A DNA stretch of 64,000 nucleotides from Raja brachyura. Lineage: Eukaryota. Of this stretch, positions 37,411-50,223 are shown in pieces. Under the pieces are notes generated by a model. The model was given only the letters and a program-made list of their open reading frames with translations. It was not told the origin of the DNA and did not search any database. Location of the stretch: contig OY740815.1 in the NCBI GenBank assembly GCA_963514005.1, positions 4,712,001-4,776,000 on the forward strand, read 5' to 3'. The number at the start of each line of letters is the position of its first letter. Positions within the stretch are counted from its first letter, which is position 1. The translations under genes and the position numbers were made by a program.

Positions 37411-39459
37411 TTTAATTTGGCTGAATGAAAGGGCAGCTGCGATAGAATATCTTGGTGTTAACCCTCTGCCTGCAACAGAATTAATTGCTTGCTTTGCATC
37501 CACCGCTGCTTAATTTTTGCCCTACCTGAGATCAATGGACCATTGGATGCCATATGGATCTTTATGTCCTAGGAGCAGAATTAGGACATTTTGAAGATTT
37601 TGCTCAGCAGCAATATTTCATATGCAGACTCTGTTTGCACCAGCATTAATAAAGCAGCACAATTTTCAGTATTAGTTGGTTCCATAGTTAAATTTCACCA
37701 CTGGCTTACCCTGAACAAGCTGAGGCTATATTGGTACAGGCCTCTCCCAGGTTGTGAACTAATGGACATCCCTACATACGAACCAGCTCCCACAATAATA
37801 TTAAATTCAAAAGTCCCGCAGACATATAATAATGATCATTCCTTACGAACGGCAGAAGTAGTTTCTTCTTCCCTCTCCACGTTTAGTGTTGTGAAGTTAA
37901 TTCTTGTCAGTACTAGGTGTTTTTGCTGCCATTCATTACGATACTATGGAGGTACGTACACCATATCAAGTGGGTTTTGTGTTCCTGAGGACATCAGTAA
38001 AAATGGGACCCGTTTGTCACACTGGATGGCCGGTATTTTGTTATCAATTTGTGGATCAAAGGCTGAGCAACCAGGGTGGAAGCCTTTGCCATTGCCTCTC
38101 AGGGCTTAACCACCAACACCATCACAATGGTCACTGGAGCCTCAGGAGGCAGTTGAATGCTGGACTGCTTTGCGTATATGGTTTGTAATCCAGTGCACAT
38201 CCTCCATCTCCCCCTTAAAGCCAAAGTTAATTGTCTTCCTGCATTCATGTTATGAGCAGCCGCAAACAGGTTTTGCAAAGGATGCACTGATTTACCCCGG
38301 TGCCAGTTCCCTGCACCACCCCCCTATCCCTTGATTCCTGTAATAAATCTAAAGTTTTGAATGAACTCACGGACACGGCTGACACGGAGTAAAGATTTAC
38401 ATCGATTCACTGCCCAATGGGTGAAGAAATCTTCCCAAATTTCAAAACATCTCGTAAACGCCTGCCCCCTTTTTAAAAAAAGACTGACCCCTGGTTTCGG
38501 ACTCCCTGACCTTTCCCGCGTCAAACGTAAGAATGTTTTCAGTTGTCTGTGTAAAAACAAGGAACTGCAAATGCTGGTTTACACAAAGAGGACACAAAGT
38601 GCTGGAGAAACTCATCGGGTCAGGCACGATCTCTGGAGGACATGGATTGGTGACGTTTCCTAAAACATCACCTATTGATGTTCTCCAGCGATGCTGCCTG
38701 ATCCACTCAATTTCGATAGCATTGTGTGCCCTTCTATGCGATCACTAATTCCACACTTGGGAAAATGGACAAATGCACTCAAACTCTCATGCAACAAGCC
38801 TGACATCCTTGGAATCTGGAGCCTAATGCATCTTCACTTCTCAATGGTAAGTAAATCCTTTTTTTTTTAATGTAAGTAGACCAAAAATATACATTGTACT
38901 CCCAGGCACTGTCTCAATCAAGGCCCAGTGCATTTGCAGTGAAACCTCCTTACTGCTGGATTCAGATCCTCATAATAAAAATTATCTCTTCCTAGTTATA
39001 GTCAAGTCAATTCACTTTTATTTCTATACCACATTTAAAAAACAACTCGTTGGCCAAAGTGCTTTACATTGGTAGAGGTACTAACGTTACACACATATAG
39101 CCCTCCCTCAGAGGACGTGTATGGACAAGCTTGTGCGTGGGTCCAGTTATAATCATAATTGATAGGAGCAGAATTAGGCTATTCGGCCCGTGAAGTCTAC
39201 TCCGCCATTCAATCATGGCTGGTCTATCTCTCGCTCCTAACACCATTCTCCTGCCTTCTCCTCATAACCCCTGACACCCATACTAATCAGGAATCTATAT
39301 CTATTTCTTATCCATTGCCTTGGCCTCCACAACCTTCTGTGGCAATGAATTCCACCCACTACACCTGCATGTTGGATTTCATTGATGTACAAGCATACCT
39401 AGGTCCTGAATGTCAACTTTTCCCAGTCTCTCGCCATTTGTAAAAGCTCTGCTTTTCTG

Positions 39460-39718
39460 TACGGAGACGAGGAAACCCTTTTTCTCACAGAGAGTTGTGA
39501 GTCTGTGGAATTCTCTGCCTCGGAAGGCGGTGGAGGCCGGTTCTCTGGATGCTTTCAAGAGAGAGCTAGATAGGGCTCTTAAAGATGGCGGAGTCGGGGG
39601 ATATGGGGAGAAGGCAGGAACGGGGTACTGATTGGGGATGATCAGCCATGATCACACTGAATGGCGATGCTGGCTCGGAGGGCCGAATGGCCTACTCCTG
39701 CACCTATTGTCTATTGTC
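39460..39718 (+). mobile_element. CR1 LINE 3' fragment
   Basis: FFSQRVVSLWNSLP...FKRELD plus CR1 tail. Confidence 0.88.
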
Positions 39719-40019
39719 TGTTACGTTCAGCAAAATAAATGACCTCACAATATTTTGGCATTTCAGTTCATTTACTATGTTCTTGTTCACTAATTCTGCC
39801 TGTGTATGTCCCCATTTACATCTCCCTCTGTCCTGGCAACCCCACTCAAAATGTAAAACTAGTTCAATATTGAAATGGTGCCGAAGGTGCAGACTCCTAA
39901 TACTTAAGGAATTTTGGTCATAATTTAGGAGAGATTTTGTTGTGCTTCTGTGGAACAACCTGCCTGCACATGGATCTACAACCCTTAATCATCTAAATCA
40001 TCTTTTGTCAACAAAATAG

Positions 40020-40998
40020 AGAGGGTACAGAGGAGATTTACTGTCAACAAAATAGAGAAGGTACAGAAGAGATTTACTAGAATGTTGCCTGCGTTTCAAC
40101 AGCTAAGTTACAGAGATAGGTTGAATAAGTTAGGTCTTTATTCTCTGGAGCCGATATTTTCCACTGTCTGGAATTTGTCCTGCTCCCTTGCAAGTCGAAT
40201 CGGTAGTAATGAAAGCAAACTCAATGCTAGCATTTATTTCGAGGGGTGGGTGTATAGGAAAACAGGGATGTAATGCTGAGGTTCTCTCTAGAAGGCACTG
40301 GTCAGGCCACATTTGGAATATTGTGAGCAATTTTGGGCACCATATCGGAGGAAGGATGTGCTGGCTCTGGAGAGGGTCCAGAGAATGATCCCAGGAATGA
40401 GTAGGTTAACCTGTGATGAGCATTTGTCATCATCGGATAACCGATGGGAGTTTAGAAGAATGAGCCGGGGACCTCATTGAAATGTACAGAATAGTAAAAG
40501 ATGGGGATAGAGTGGATGTGGAAGAGTCCAGAACTAGAGGTCATAGCCTCAGAATTAAAGGATGTTCTTTTAGGAAGGTGATGAGGAGGAATGAGAAGAA
40601 GGTTAAGGGGGGGACTTGATATAGGTCTTTAAAATGATGAGAGGGATAGACAGAGTTGATGTGGACAAGCTTTTCCCTTTGAGAATAGGGAAGATTCAAA
40701 CAAGAGGACATGACTTTAGAATTAAGGGACAGAAGTTTAGGGGTAACATGAGGGGGAACTTCTTTACTCAGAGAGTGGTAGTGGTGTGGAATGAGCTTCC
40801 AGTGAAAGTGGTGGCGGCAGGTTCGTTGGTATCATTTAAAAATAAATTGGATAGGCATATGGATGAGAAGGGTATGGAGGGTTATGGTATGAGTGCAGGC
40901 AGGTGGGACTAAGGGAAAAAAGTTGTTCGGCACGGACTTGAAGGGCCGAGATGGCCTGTTTCCGTGCTGTAATTGTTATATGGTTTGTTATATGGTTA
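40020..40998 (+). mobile_element. CR1 LINE 3' fragment interrupted by an inverted local duplication (40150-40592)
   Basis: LSYRDRLNKLGLYSLE resumes after the insert as RRLRG(G)DL...MRGIDRVD...TRGH...FFTQRVV; (GTTATATG)n tail. Confidence 0.85.
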
Positions 40999-42149
40999 AA
41001 TATCCGTGCCCATTGAACAGCCTCTAAATGCAAAACTAATCTTGCATTGAGAGGCTGTGAGATCGGCCCATGGCTATTCAAATGATTACAGGATGTAGAC
41101 CATATGCAGGCAGATGAGATTATGTGCAGGAAGGAACTGCAGATGCTGGTTTCTACCGAAGATAGACACAAAATGCTGGAGTAGCTCAGCGGGACAGGCA
41201 GCAACTCTGGCGAAAAGGAATAGGTGACGTTTCCGGTTGGAACCCATCAGACTGGAAGAAGGATTTCGACCCAAAACCTCCCCCATCCATCTTCTCCAGA
41301 GAAGTTGCCTGACCTGCTGAGTTGCTCCAGAATTTTGTGTCTATCTTCGGCAGATGAGATTAGTTTATTTTGGCATTATGTTCAGCACAGACATTGTGGG
41401 CTGAAGGGCCTGTTCTTGTGCTATATTGTTCCATGTTCTGTCGTGTAAGTATGTCATAGGGGCATACCTTGAGGAAACCATGTGATAGGAGCAGAATTAG
41501 GCCTTTGTGCCCATCAAGTCTACATTGCCTTTCAATCATGGTTGATCTATCTCTCCCTCCTAACCCCTTTCTCCTGTCCTCTCCCTATAACCTCTGATAC
41601 CTTTACTAATCAAGACTGGTACTTTCTCTGCCTTGAAAATATCCACTGTCAGCCTCCACAGCCTTCTGTGGCAAATAATTCCACAGATTCACCACCCTCT
41701 TACTAAAGAAATTCCTCCTCATCACCTTCCTAAAAGAACATCCTTTAATTCTGAGGCTATGACCTCTAGTTCTGGACTCTTCCACATCCACTCTATCCCC
41801 ATCTTTTACTATTCTGTACATTTCAATGAGGTCCCCGGCTCATTCTTCTAAACTCCCATCGGTTATCCGATGATGACAAATGCTCATCACAGGTTAACCT
41901 ACTCATTCCTGGGATCATTCTCTGGACCCTCTCCAGAGCCAGCACATCCTTCCTCCAATATGGTGCCCAAAATTGCTCACAATATTCCAAATGTAGCCTG
42001 ACCAGCGCCTTCTAGAGCCTCAGCATTACATCCCTGTTTTCCTATACACCCACCCCTCGAAATAAATGCTAGCATTGAGCTTGCTTTCATTACTACCGAT
42101 TCGACTTGCAAGGGAGCAGGACAAATTCCAGACAGTGGAAAATATCGGC
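40150..42149. repeat. ~440-bp inverted repeat pair (40150-40592 / 41711-42149), ~1.1-kb spacer
   Basis: Arms are near-identical reverse complements and include the non-LINE segment CCGATATTTTCCACTGTCTGGAATTTGTCCTGCTCCC. Confidence 0.92.
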
Positions 42150-42869
42150 AGGTATGGAAGGTCAGAGGATTGTTGGCATCATGCTGTAATTCACCACACT
42201 TACTGGGGTTTGGACTGTGAGAGCGGGTGTGAAATGATCCATCCCTGGTGTCCTTTAGTGAGCAATATCCTTCCTTTATCCAGATTTGCTGCATTTCACT
42301 ACCTTTACGTAATATGCAGCATGCAATCGTCCTTTAACCCTGATCTGAGAGGCTTATTTTGGGGATGAAATTCCATATTTCCACAGAATGATAAACATCT
42401 CAGATTTCAGTGCAATGTGAGCTGACTCTAAAGTCGTGCCTCTGGTTCTGAATCCTCGCAACTGGGGAAAAATGACTGTCAGCATTTAGTCCAATGAATA
42501 TTTTTAATATGTTGAACGTCTCAATTTTGAACACTCAGAGATATTTAAACCGATATATACTTGTCCTTGGATTTTAACCACTTAAAAGCCTTGTATAATT
42601 CCAGTGCATGGTACTCACTCCAAGAACAATATATCTTCAACCAAGTGTATTGTTCAGAACAAAACAACCAAGAGATAGTCTCTTCAAGAGTGTATCATTG
42701 TCACATGCACTGACAACAGAAAAATGCATTTGTTCTTGCTGCATTATAACAGGCCTGTAAACACAATGCACAGATGATAGATAATTAGCAACTCTTCAGT
42801 CGATTAATAACGTCAATGTTAGTGCCAAAAAAACCCTGAAATCCTTAGTGCAACCAAAAGTAGTCCATA

Positions 42870-43285
42870 GTTACTCGCTAGAATTTAGAAGATTTAGGGG
42901 GGATCTCATAGAAACCTACAGAATTCTTAAGGGGTTGGACAGGCTAGATGCAGGAAGATTGTTCCCGATGTTGGGGAAGTCCAGAACAGGGGGTCACAGT
43001 TTAAGGATAAGGGGGAAGTCTTTTAGGACCGAGATGAGAAAAACATTTTTCACACAGAGAGTGGTGAATGTGTGGAATTCTCTGCCACAGAAGGTAGTTG
43101 AGGCCAGTTCATTGGCTATATTTAAGAGGGAGTTTTAGATGTGGCCCTTGTGGCTAAAGGGATCAGGGGGAATGGAGAGAAGGCAGGTACGGGATACTGA
43201 GTTGGATGATCAGCCATGATCATATTGAATGGCGGTGCAGGCTCGAAGGGCCGAATGGCCTACTCCTGCACCTATTTTCTATGTT
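42870..43285 (+). mobile_element. CR1 LINE 3' fragment
   Basis: ORF 42848..43138 YSLEFRRFRGDLIETY...; CR1 tail. Confidence 0.9.
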
Positions 43286-43405
43286 AAGGTTAGTTGTTTA
43301 GTTTAGAGGTACAGCAGGGACACAGTCTTTGTCTAACCTTCGTCCCAGCGATCCCTGCACTCAAGTACTATCTCTCTATCTCACACACAGAATAATTTAT
43401 TATTC

Positions 43406-46400
43406 TCCGGCCGTTCCCCGGCCGTCGATCGAATTACTCTGGAGACTCTACGGAGTCTCGGACTGCTGCGTCGGCTGGAGCCAGCGGCCTACGAAGCCGC
43501 GGAGTCCCCTACCAGCACTGGCCGCACTCGGAGGAAGAGGAGACGGTGCGACAGGAAGCAGAAGCGCGGCACTCGCGGGGGGCTAACGGCGAAACTGAAG
43601 GCTAACCCCTGCAGGACACCACTTCCATCTATCCTGCTCGCCAACGTCCGCTCCCTGGAGAATAAGCTGGACTACCTGAGGCTGGACCTGGTAACCAAAC
43701 GGGAGGTGAGGGAGTGCTGCGCCCTGATTCTAACAGAGACGTGGTTAAACTCCTCTGTTCCCGATGGCGCCATTAGCATGGAGGAGTTAACAGCATTCAG
43801 GTTGGACAGAAGCTACGCTCTTAGTGGGAAATCCCGGGGTGGTGGTGTGTGCATTTACACTAATAACAGCTGGTGTAAAAATGCCACAGTGGTGTCAAAC
43901 TATTGCTCCCCAGACATTGAGTTTTTGACAATAAAATGCAGACCCTTCTATATGCCCAGGGAATTCACCATTATAACAATCACAGCTGTGTACATCCCAC
44001 CCAGTGCTAACACTAAGGAGGCCCTGAATGCTCTTTATTGTTCCATTAGTGACCTACAATCTACACATCCAGATGGTGTCTTCATTGTTGCTGGGGATTT
44101 TAACCAGGCCAACATGAAGACTGTTCTCCCACATTACTACCAGCATGTAGGCTTTGCAACCAGGGGAATCAATACACTGGACCTAGCCTACACTAACATC
44201 AAGAAGGCATTCAAGGCAGTCCCCCGCCCCCACCTTGGCTCCTCAGACCATATCTCTGTGATGCTAATTCCTGCATACAGGCCCCTGCTGACCCGAGAAA
44301 AACCTACTGTGAAGCAGGTTAGGGTCTGGCCAGAGGGAGCTATGGCAACACTACAGGACTGTTTTGAATGCACGGACTGGGACGTGTTCAAGAAGGCTGC
44401 AACTGTCAGCCAACACATCAACCTAGAGGAGTATGCTGCGTCCGTGTCTGCTTACATGGAGAAGTGCATTGAGGATGTCTGTGTCACCAAGACCATCACT
44501 GTACGGGCCAACCAGAAACCCTGGATGACCACAGAGGTACGTGGAATGCTGAGAGCACGTAATGCCGCGTTTAAATCCGGCGACGTGGTGGCACTCAGAT
44601 CCGCAAGAGCCAACCTGAACCGAGTCGTCAGGCTGGCCAAGCGTGCCCATGGTCAGAAAATCCAGAGCTTCTTCCATGACCCCAAGAACACCAAGCGCAT
44701 GTGGCAGGGAATCAAATCAATCACGGACTATAAGACTGCTTCACCACCCTGTGATGACAACATTGAGTTCCTCAATAAACTCAACAACTATTTTGGTCGG
44801 TTCGAGGCACTAAATAACACACCTGCAAGCAAAGGTATTCCTCATTGTGAGGAAAAGGCACTCAGTCTTGACATAGTGGATGTTCGGAGGTCCCTAAAAG
44901 GAGTGAACGCGCGAAAGGCGGCAGGCCCTGATAACATACCAGGGCGGGTGCTCAGGGAATGTGCTGATCAGCTGGCACATGTCCTTACGGACATATTTAA
45001 CACCTCGCTGAACCAGGCGGTCGTCCCATTATGTTTCAAGACTGCCACCATCATACCTGTGCCAAAAAAATCCAACATACAATGTCTCAATGACTACCGC
45101 CCTGTAGCACTCACCCCCATAATGATGAAGTGCTTCGAGAGGCTGGTCAGGGACCACATCACCTCCAGACTCCCCTCCACACTCGACCCATACCAGTTTG
45201 CTTACAGGCCAAACCGCTCCACAGAGGACGCTATATCCTCCGTGCTCCATCTGAGCCTGGAACATTTAGAGGAGAAAAACACCTATGTGCGAATGCTGTT
45301 CGTGGATTTCAGTTCAGCATTCAACACCATTATCCCCCAGCACCTGATAAGCAAACTGGTTCCATTGGGCCTCCGCACCCCCATGTGTAACTGGCTACTG
45401 GACTTCCTCACTGACAGACCTCAGTCTGTGAGGGTTGGAAATAACACCTCCAATACCATCTCTCTAAGCACCGGCTCCCCTCAGGGCTGCGTCCTGAGTC
45501 CACTGCTGTTCACCCTGATGACTCACGACTGTTGTGCCAGGTTTAGTACAAACCACATCATGAAGTACGCAGATGACACAACAGTGGTGGGCCTCATCAG
45601 GGACGACAATGAGCTGGCTTACAGGGAGGAGGTGAAACAACTGGTGGACTGGTGCAATACGAACAACCTGATCCTGAATGTCGAGAAAACAAAGGAGATT
45701 ATTGTCGACTTCAGGAAAACCCGGCACAGTCCCACACCACTTCACATCAATGACAGCGATGTGGAGGTGGTCAGTAGCACAAAGTTCCTGGGGGTGCAGG
45801 TCACTAACAGTCTGACCTGGTCGACTAACATCTCATCAACTGTTAAGAGAGCGCAGCAGCGGTTGCACTTTCTGCGCCGGATGAGAAGAGCTCATCTCCC
45901 CCATCCCATCCTCACTACTTTCTACAGGGGCACCATAGAGAGTATTCTGACCAGCTGTATCTCTGTCTGGTTTGGGGACTGTAGAGCCTCCGACTGGAAG
46001 TCTGTGCAGAGAGTGGTGAGGACAGCGGAAAAAATCATCGGGACCTCTCTCCCCTCAATCGGGGATATTGCGACCAAACGCTGTGTGTCTAAGGCCAGCA
46101 GTATCATAAAGGACCCCACACATCTCCATCACGGACTGTTCACTCTGCTGCCCTCGGGAAAAAGATACCGCAGCATGAGGAGCAGAACATCAAGGTTCCG
46201 CAACAGCTTCTTCCCACGAGCCATCAGACTCCTGAATGCCATGTAAATGGGCTGCCACTATTGTCTATTTATCCTTTTCATACATACCTATCCTTCGGTT
46301 AATTTATTGTGTTGCACAGGGAGCCAAATGCAACGTAATTTCGTTTGGAACTGCATATATCAATGTATTTCTAAATGACAATAAAGTTTGTTTGACTTGA

Positions 46401-46412
46401 CTTTTGACTTTG
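43406..46412 (+). mobile_element. Near-full-length Rex1/Babar-clade LINE inserted into a minus-strand V-SINE
   Basis: RKQKRGTRGG / LPSILLANVRSL..K N-terminus, APE and RT domains, 3' UTR with AATAAA and (GACTT)n tail. Possible TSD AATTTAT (43394-43400 / 46413-46419). SINE halves lie on either side. Confidence 0.93.
43706..46246 (+). CDS. Rex1-type APE endonuclease-reverse transcriptase (frame open upstream to ~43406)
   Basis: 846-aa ORF with APE motifs LTETWL, AGDFN, TLD, SDH and RT motifs YRPVAL, DFSSAFNTI, PQGCVLSP, YADD, FLG. Confidence 0.93.
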   Translation: MRECCALILTETWLNSSVPDGAISMEELTAFRLDRSYALSGKSRGGGVCIYTNNSWCKNATVVSNYCSPDIEFLTIKCRPFYMPREFTIITITAVYIPPSANTKEALNALYCSISDLQSTHPDGVFIVAGDFNQANMKTVLPHYYQHVGFATRGINTLDLAYTNIKKAFKAVPRPHLGSSDHISVMLIPAYRPLLTREKPTVKQVRVWPEGAMATLQDCFECTDWDVFKKAATVSQHINLEEYAASVSAYMEKCIEDVCVTKTITVRANQKPWMTTEVRGMLRARNAAFKSGDVVALRSARANLNRVVRLAKRAHGQKIQSFFHDPKNTKRMWQGIKSITDYKTASPPCDDNIEFLNKLNNYFGRFEALNNTPASKGIPHCEEKALSLDIVDVRRSLKGVNARKAAGPDNIPGRVLRECADQLAHVLTDIFNTSLNQAVVPLCFKTATIIPVPKKSNIQCLNDYRPVALTPIMMKCFERLVRDHITSRLPSTLDPYQFAYRPNRSTEDAISSVLHLSLEHLEEKNTYVRMLFVDFSSAFNTIIPQHLISKLVPLGLRTPMCNWLLDFLTDRPQSVRVGNNTSNTISLSTGSPQGCVLSPLLFTLMTHDCCARFSTNHIMKYADDTTVVGLIRDDNELAYREEVKQLVDWCNTNNLILNVEKTKEIIVDFRKTRHSPTPLHINDSDVEVVSSTKFLGVQVTNSLTWSTNISSTVKRAQQRLHFLRRMRRAHLPHPILTTFYRGTIESILTSCISVWFGDCRASDWKSVQRVVRTAEKIIGTSLPSIGDIATKRCVSKASSIIKDPTHLHHGLFTLLPSGKRYRSMRSRTSRFRNSFFPRAIRLLNAM

Positions 46413-46600
46413 AATTTATGTTTTTTACTGAAGCCAATTAACCTAGAAACCTGTACGTCTTTTGAATGTGGGAAGAAACCAGAGTGTCCAGAGAAAACCC
46501 AAGTGGTAACGGGAAAAACGTACAAACTCTGTACAGACAGTACCAGTATTCGTGATCAAACCCAGGCCTCCGGCGCTGTGAGGCAGCAACTCTACTGCTG

Positions 46601-47420
46601 AGCCATTCAATCATGGCTCATCTATCTTTCCCTCTCAACCCCATTCTCCTGCCTTCGCCCCATGACCCCTGACACCCTTAGCAATCAAGAATCTGTCAAT
46701 CTCTACCTTAAAAATATCTATTGACTTGGCCTCCACAGCCGTCTGTGGCAAAGAATTCCACAGATTCACCACCCTCTGACTAAACACATTCCTTATCTTT
46801 CCAAAGGTACATCCTTTTATTCTGAGGTTGTGACATCTGGTCCAATCCTCTCCCACTAGTGGAAATACCCACTCCACATCCACTCTATCCATGCCTTTCA
46901 CTATTCTATATGTTTCAATAAGGGAGTGCAGAGAAGGTTCACCAGACTGATTCCTGGGGTGTCAGGACTGTCTGATGAAGAAAGACTGGATAGACTCGGT
47001 TTATACTCTCTAGAATTTAGGAGATTGAGAGGGGATCTTATAGAAACTTACAAAATTCTTAAGGGGTTAGACAGGCTAGATGCAGGAAGATTGTTCCCGA
47101 TGTTGGGGAAGTCCAGGACAAGGGGCCACAGCTTAAGGATAAGGGGGAATTCCTTTAAGACCGAGATGCGAAATACCTTTTTCACACAGAGAGTGGTGAG
47201 TCTCTGGAATTTTCGGCCACAGAAGATAGTTGAGGCCAGTTCATTGGCTATATTTAAGAGGGAGTTAGAAGTGGCCCTTGTGGCTAAAGGGATCAGGGGG
47301 TATGGAGAGAAGGCAGGTACAGGATACTGAGTTGGATGACCAGCCATGATCATATTGAATGTCAGTGCAGGCTCGAAGGGCCGAATGGCCTACTCCTGCA
47401 CCTATTTTCTACGTTTCTAA
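46601..47420. mobile_element. Two CR1 3' fragments joined head-to-head (minus 46601-46918, plus 46921-47420)
   Basis: ORFs 46635..46901 (-) and 46926..47330 (+) both encode CR1 ORF2 C-termini. Confidence 0.88.
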
Positions 47421-48110
47421 AAGCCTATAATCATCTCACAACGCATGACTTCTCATCAATAGACGAGTGAGGCTTCAGGAAGGGAATGGAACGACTGACA
47501 CCACAAGGCAAAGTTGCAATGAAAATTTAATTTGCCATTTTGCAAAGACTAATGGCGGGGCAATCCAGTGCGTGAAACCGTTGATATATATTTTTTTGCA
47601 TCCGTGCAGTTAATTCAGGGGCTGGCAAATAAAAAAATAATTCAACTGAAACAAAATGAAAAGAAGTTGATTTAATAAATAATATTCCCATGCGTAGATT
47701 TAAAATGGGGCCCGGGCTCTCATCGCATCTTCCGCATGGCAGCTAGCCGCTGAGTGGATGATGGCTATCAGGGTACATGAATCCTTAGTTACTTTGGTTT
47801 AGCTTGGGTCCATTTCTTGCTGCAGATCCCAGGCCAGGAGTTGCCCTACAGCACCAGAGAGCCGGGTTCGATCCTGAGTGCTGGTGCGATCTTTGCCGGG
47901 TTTGTACGCCCTTCCTGTGACCACGCGGGTTTTCTCCGGGTGCTCCAGTTTCCTCCCACAGTCTAAAGACGTATAGGTTTGCAGGTTGTGTAAGAAAGAA
48001 CTGCGGATGCTGGATTAAATCGAAGGTAGACACAAAATGCTGGAGTAACTCAGCGGGTCAGGCAGAATCTCTGGAGAGAAGGAATGGGCGTTGCCTGACC
48101 CGCTGAGTTA

Positions 48111-48498
48111 AGATTCAAGATTCAAGAGAGTTTATTGTCGTGTGTCCCTGATAGGACATTTAAATTCTTACTTTGCTTCAGCACAACAGAACATAGTAGG
48201 CATTGACTACAAAACAGATCAGTGTGTTCATATACCATTATATAAATATATACACACATGAATAAATAAACTGATAAAGTACAAATTAACAGATAATGGG
48301 TTATTAATGTTCAGAGTTTTGACGGAGCCAGGTTTAATAACCTGATGGCTGTGGGGAAGTAGCTATTCCTGAACCTGGACGTTGCAGTCTTCAGGCTCCT
48401 GTACCTTCTACCTGAAGATAGCGGGGAGATGAGTGTGTGGCCAGGATGGTGTGGGTCCTTGATGATGCTGCCAGCCTTTTTGTGGCAGCGACTGAAAT
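48111..48498 (-). mobile_element. Rex1/Babar-like 3' fragment (same family and similar truncation as 17076-17460), nested in a Penelope-derived repeat
   Basis: SIIKDPHHPGH...RFRNSYFPTAIRLLN; host GCTGAGTTA|CTCCAGC split with AGTTA duplicated. Confidence 0.85.
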
Positions 48499-49189
48499 AG
48501 TTACTCCAGCATTTTGTGCCTATCTTAGATTTGTAGGTTAATTGGCTTCTGTAAAAATTGTAAATTATCCCCAGTGTGCGAGGCCAGTGCTGTTTATGTA
48601 ATACAGTTAACTGGTCTGTAACATTAGGAAGAATGCAGCAGAAAGTCACCAAACGTCAGTTCGTCGGGAGTTCCCTATGACCCCTGAGTATTGTAATCCC
48701 AGCCTGAATGTGTCCTTTTTGTTGTCAAGGTCTGATACACTCTTGAAAAGTATTCTACACAAAGAAACACAGCAGAGCTAAAAAAAAACACTTGCATTAC
48801 TGAAGAGTGTTTCACAGCCTCAGGTCGTCTCAGATAGTGCTTTACAGCAAAGATCATACAGCAGAGCTTACAGCCACTGTGGTCCTTTTAATGTGCAATC
48901 ACTGTAGGAAATAACAACACGTTCCTGCAAACATTCTTTTGTCACAAACTCCTGTACTGGAGAAAAAGCCAAGAGTGCTTTATTGTCATATGTCCCGAAA
49001 CGGAACATTGAAATTCTTGCTTGCAGCAGCACAACAGAATATGTAAACATAGTACCATGTATGAAGAAGGGTCTCCATCCGAAACGTCACAAATTCCTTC
49101 GCTCCATAGATGCTGCCTCAGCCGGCTGAGTTTCTCCAGCATTCCTGTCTGCACTGTAAAGAGGATGTTCTCTTCCATACTGTTCCCTA

Positions 49190-49480
49190 TCCGTTTAGTT
49201 TGGAGATGCAACGTGGAAACAGGCCCTTCGGCCCACCAAGTCCGCACCGACCAGGGATTCTAGCGCATTAACACTATCCTACACACACTAGGGACATTTT
49301 ACAATTATACCAAGCCAATTAGTCTACAAACATGCCTTTGGAATGTGGGAGGAAACTGGAAATCCCAGTCACAGGGAGAACGTACAAACTCCGTACGGAC
49401 AAGCACCCATAGTCAGTATCGAACCTGGGTCTGTGGCGTGGTAATGCAGCAACTCTACCACTGCGCCACAGTACCACTGG
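49190..49480 (-). mobile_element. tRNA-derived V-SINE (HE1-like)
   Basis: Reverse complement of head (CCACTGCGCCAC), V-domain and tail. Confidence 0.82.
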
Positions 49481-50223
49481 TGTTTACTAATTGTGGCCTC
49501 TATGTCGCACTGGGATAATAACCAGATTACTTAGTGAAGATGACCGAGGGATAACTTGACCAGGTCACTTGAAAAATGTCCTCTGCTCTTACATAACTCA
49601 ATGAAGCCTTTTACTTTACACCTGAGACAGGTGTTCCAGACAGAAGTGGAAATTTAAAACTGCAGTTGCTGGACATTAGTAACAAACCAGAAAATGCTAA
49701 GAGACACTCAGCAGGTCAAGCAGCATCTGCGGAGAAAGTAGATGTGATATTTCGGTTTAAAGAGTTGTTCAAGTTGCTTTTCTTTCAGATGCTGGCGGGC
49801 CAGTTGAGCATTTCCTGTTTCTCTCTCTGAGAGGGACATCACGTTAATGCCTGGCCCGTATAGAAGGATCTCCCACCAGAGTGGCACTCCCTCAGTCTGT
49901 ACCGGAGTGTACGCCTGCTGTTTTGTGCAGGATTCGCCCATTCCAGCTGCTCAGTGGCGCAGTTGCTACAGCTGCTGCCTCACAGCACCGGAGACCCGGG
50001 TTCGATACTGACCTCGGGTGCTGCCTGTGTGGAGTTTGCACGCTCTCCCCGTGACTGCGTGGGTCTTGTCGCCCAAGTGGGACAGGCCCTTAAACGTCCT
50101 GTGTACATTGCCCCTAGTGCGACGCGAGTCGACGAGAAAATTGGGGAAGTATGCTCCAAAAGGTCACCCGTTCCTTCTCTCCAGAGATACTTGCCTGTTC
50201 CAGGCTGAGCAAAACTAGACTAA

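Noticed and set aside
37591-38109. 172-aa ORF downstream of KAT6A
   Set aside because: TTG start, no recognisable motif or splice structure; likely chance.
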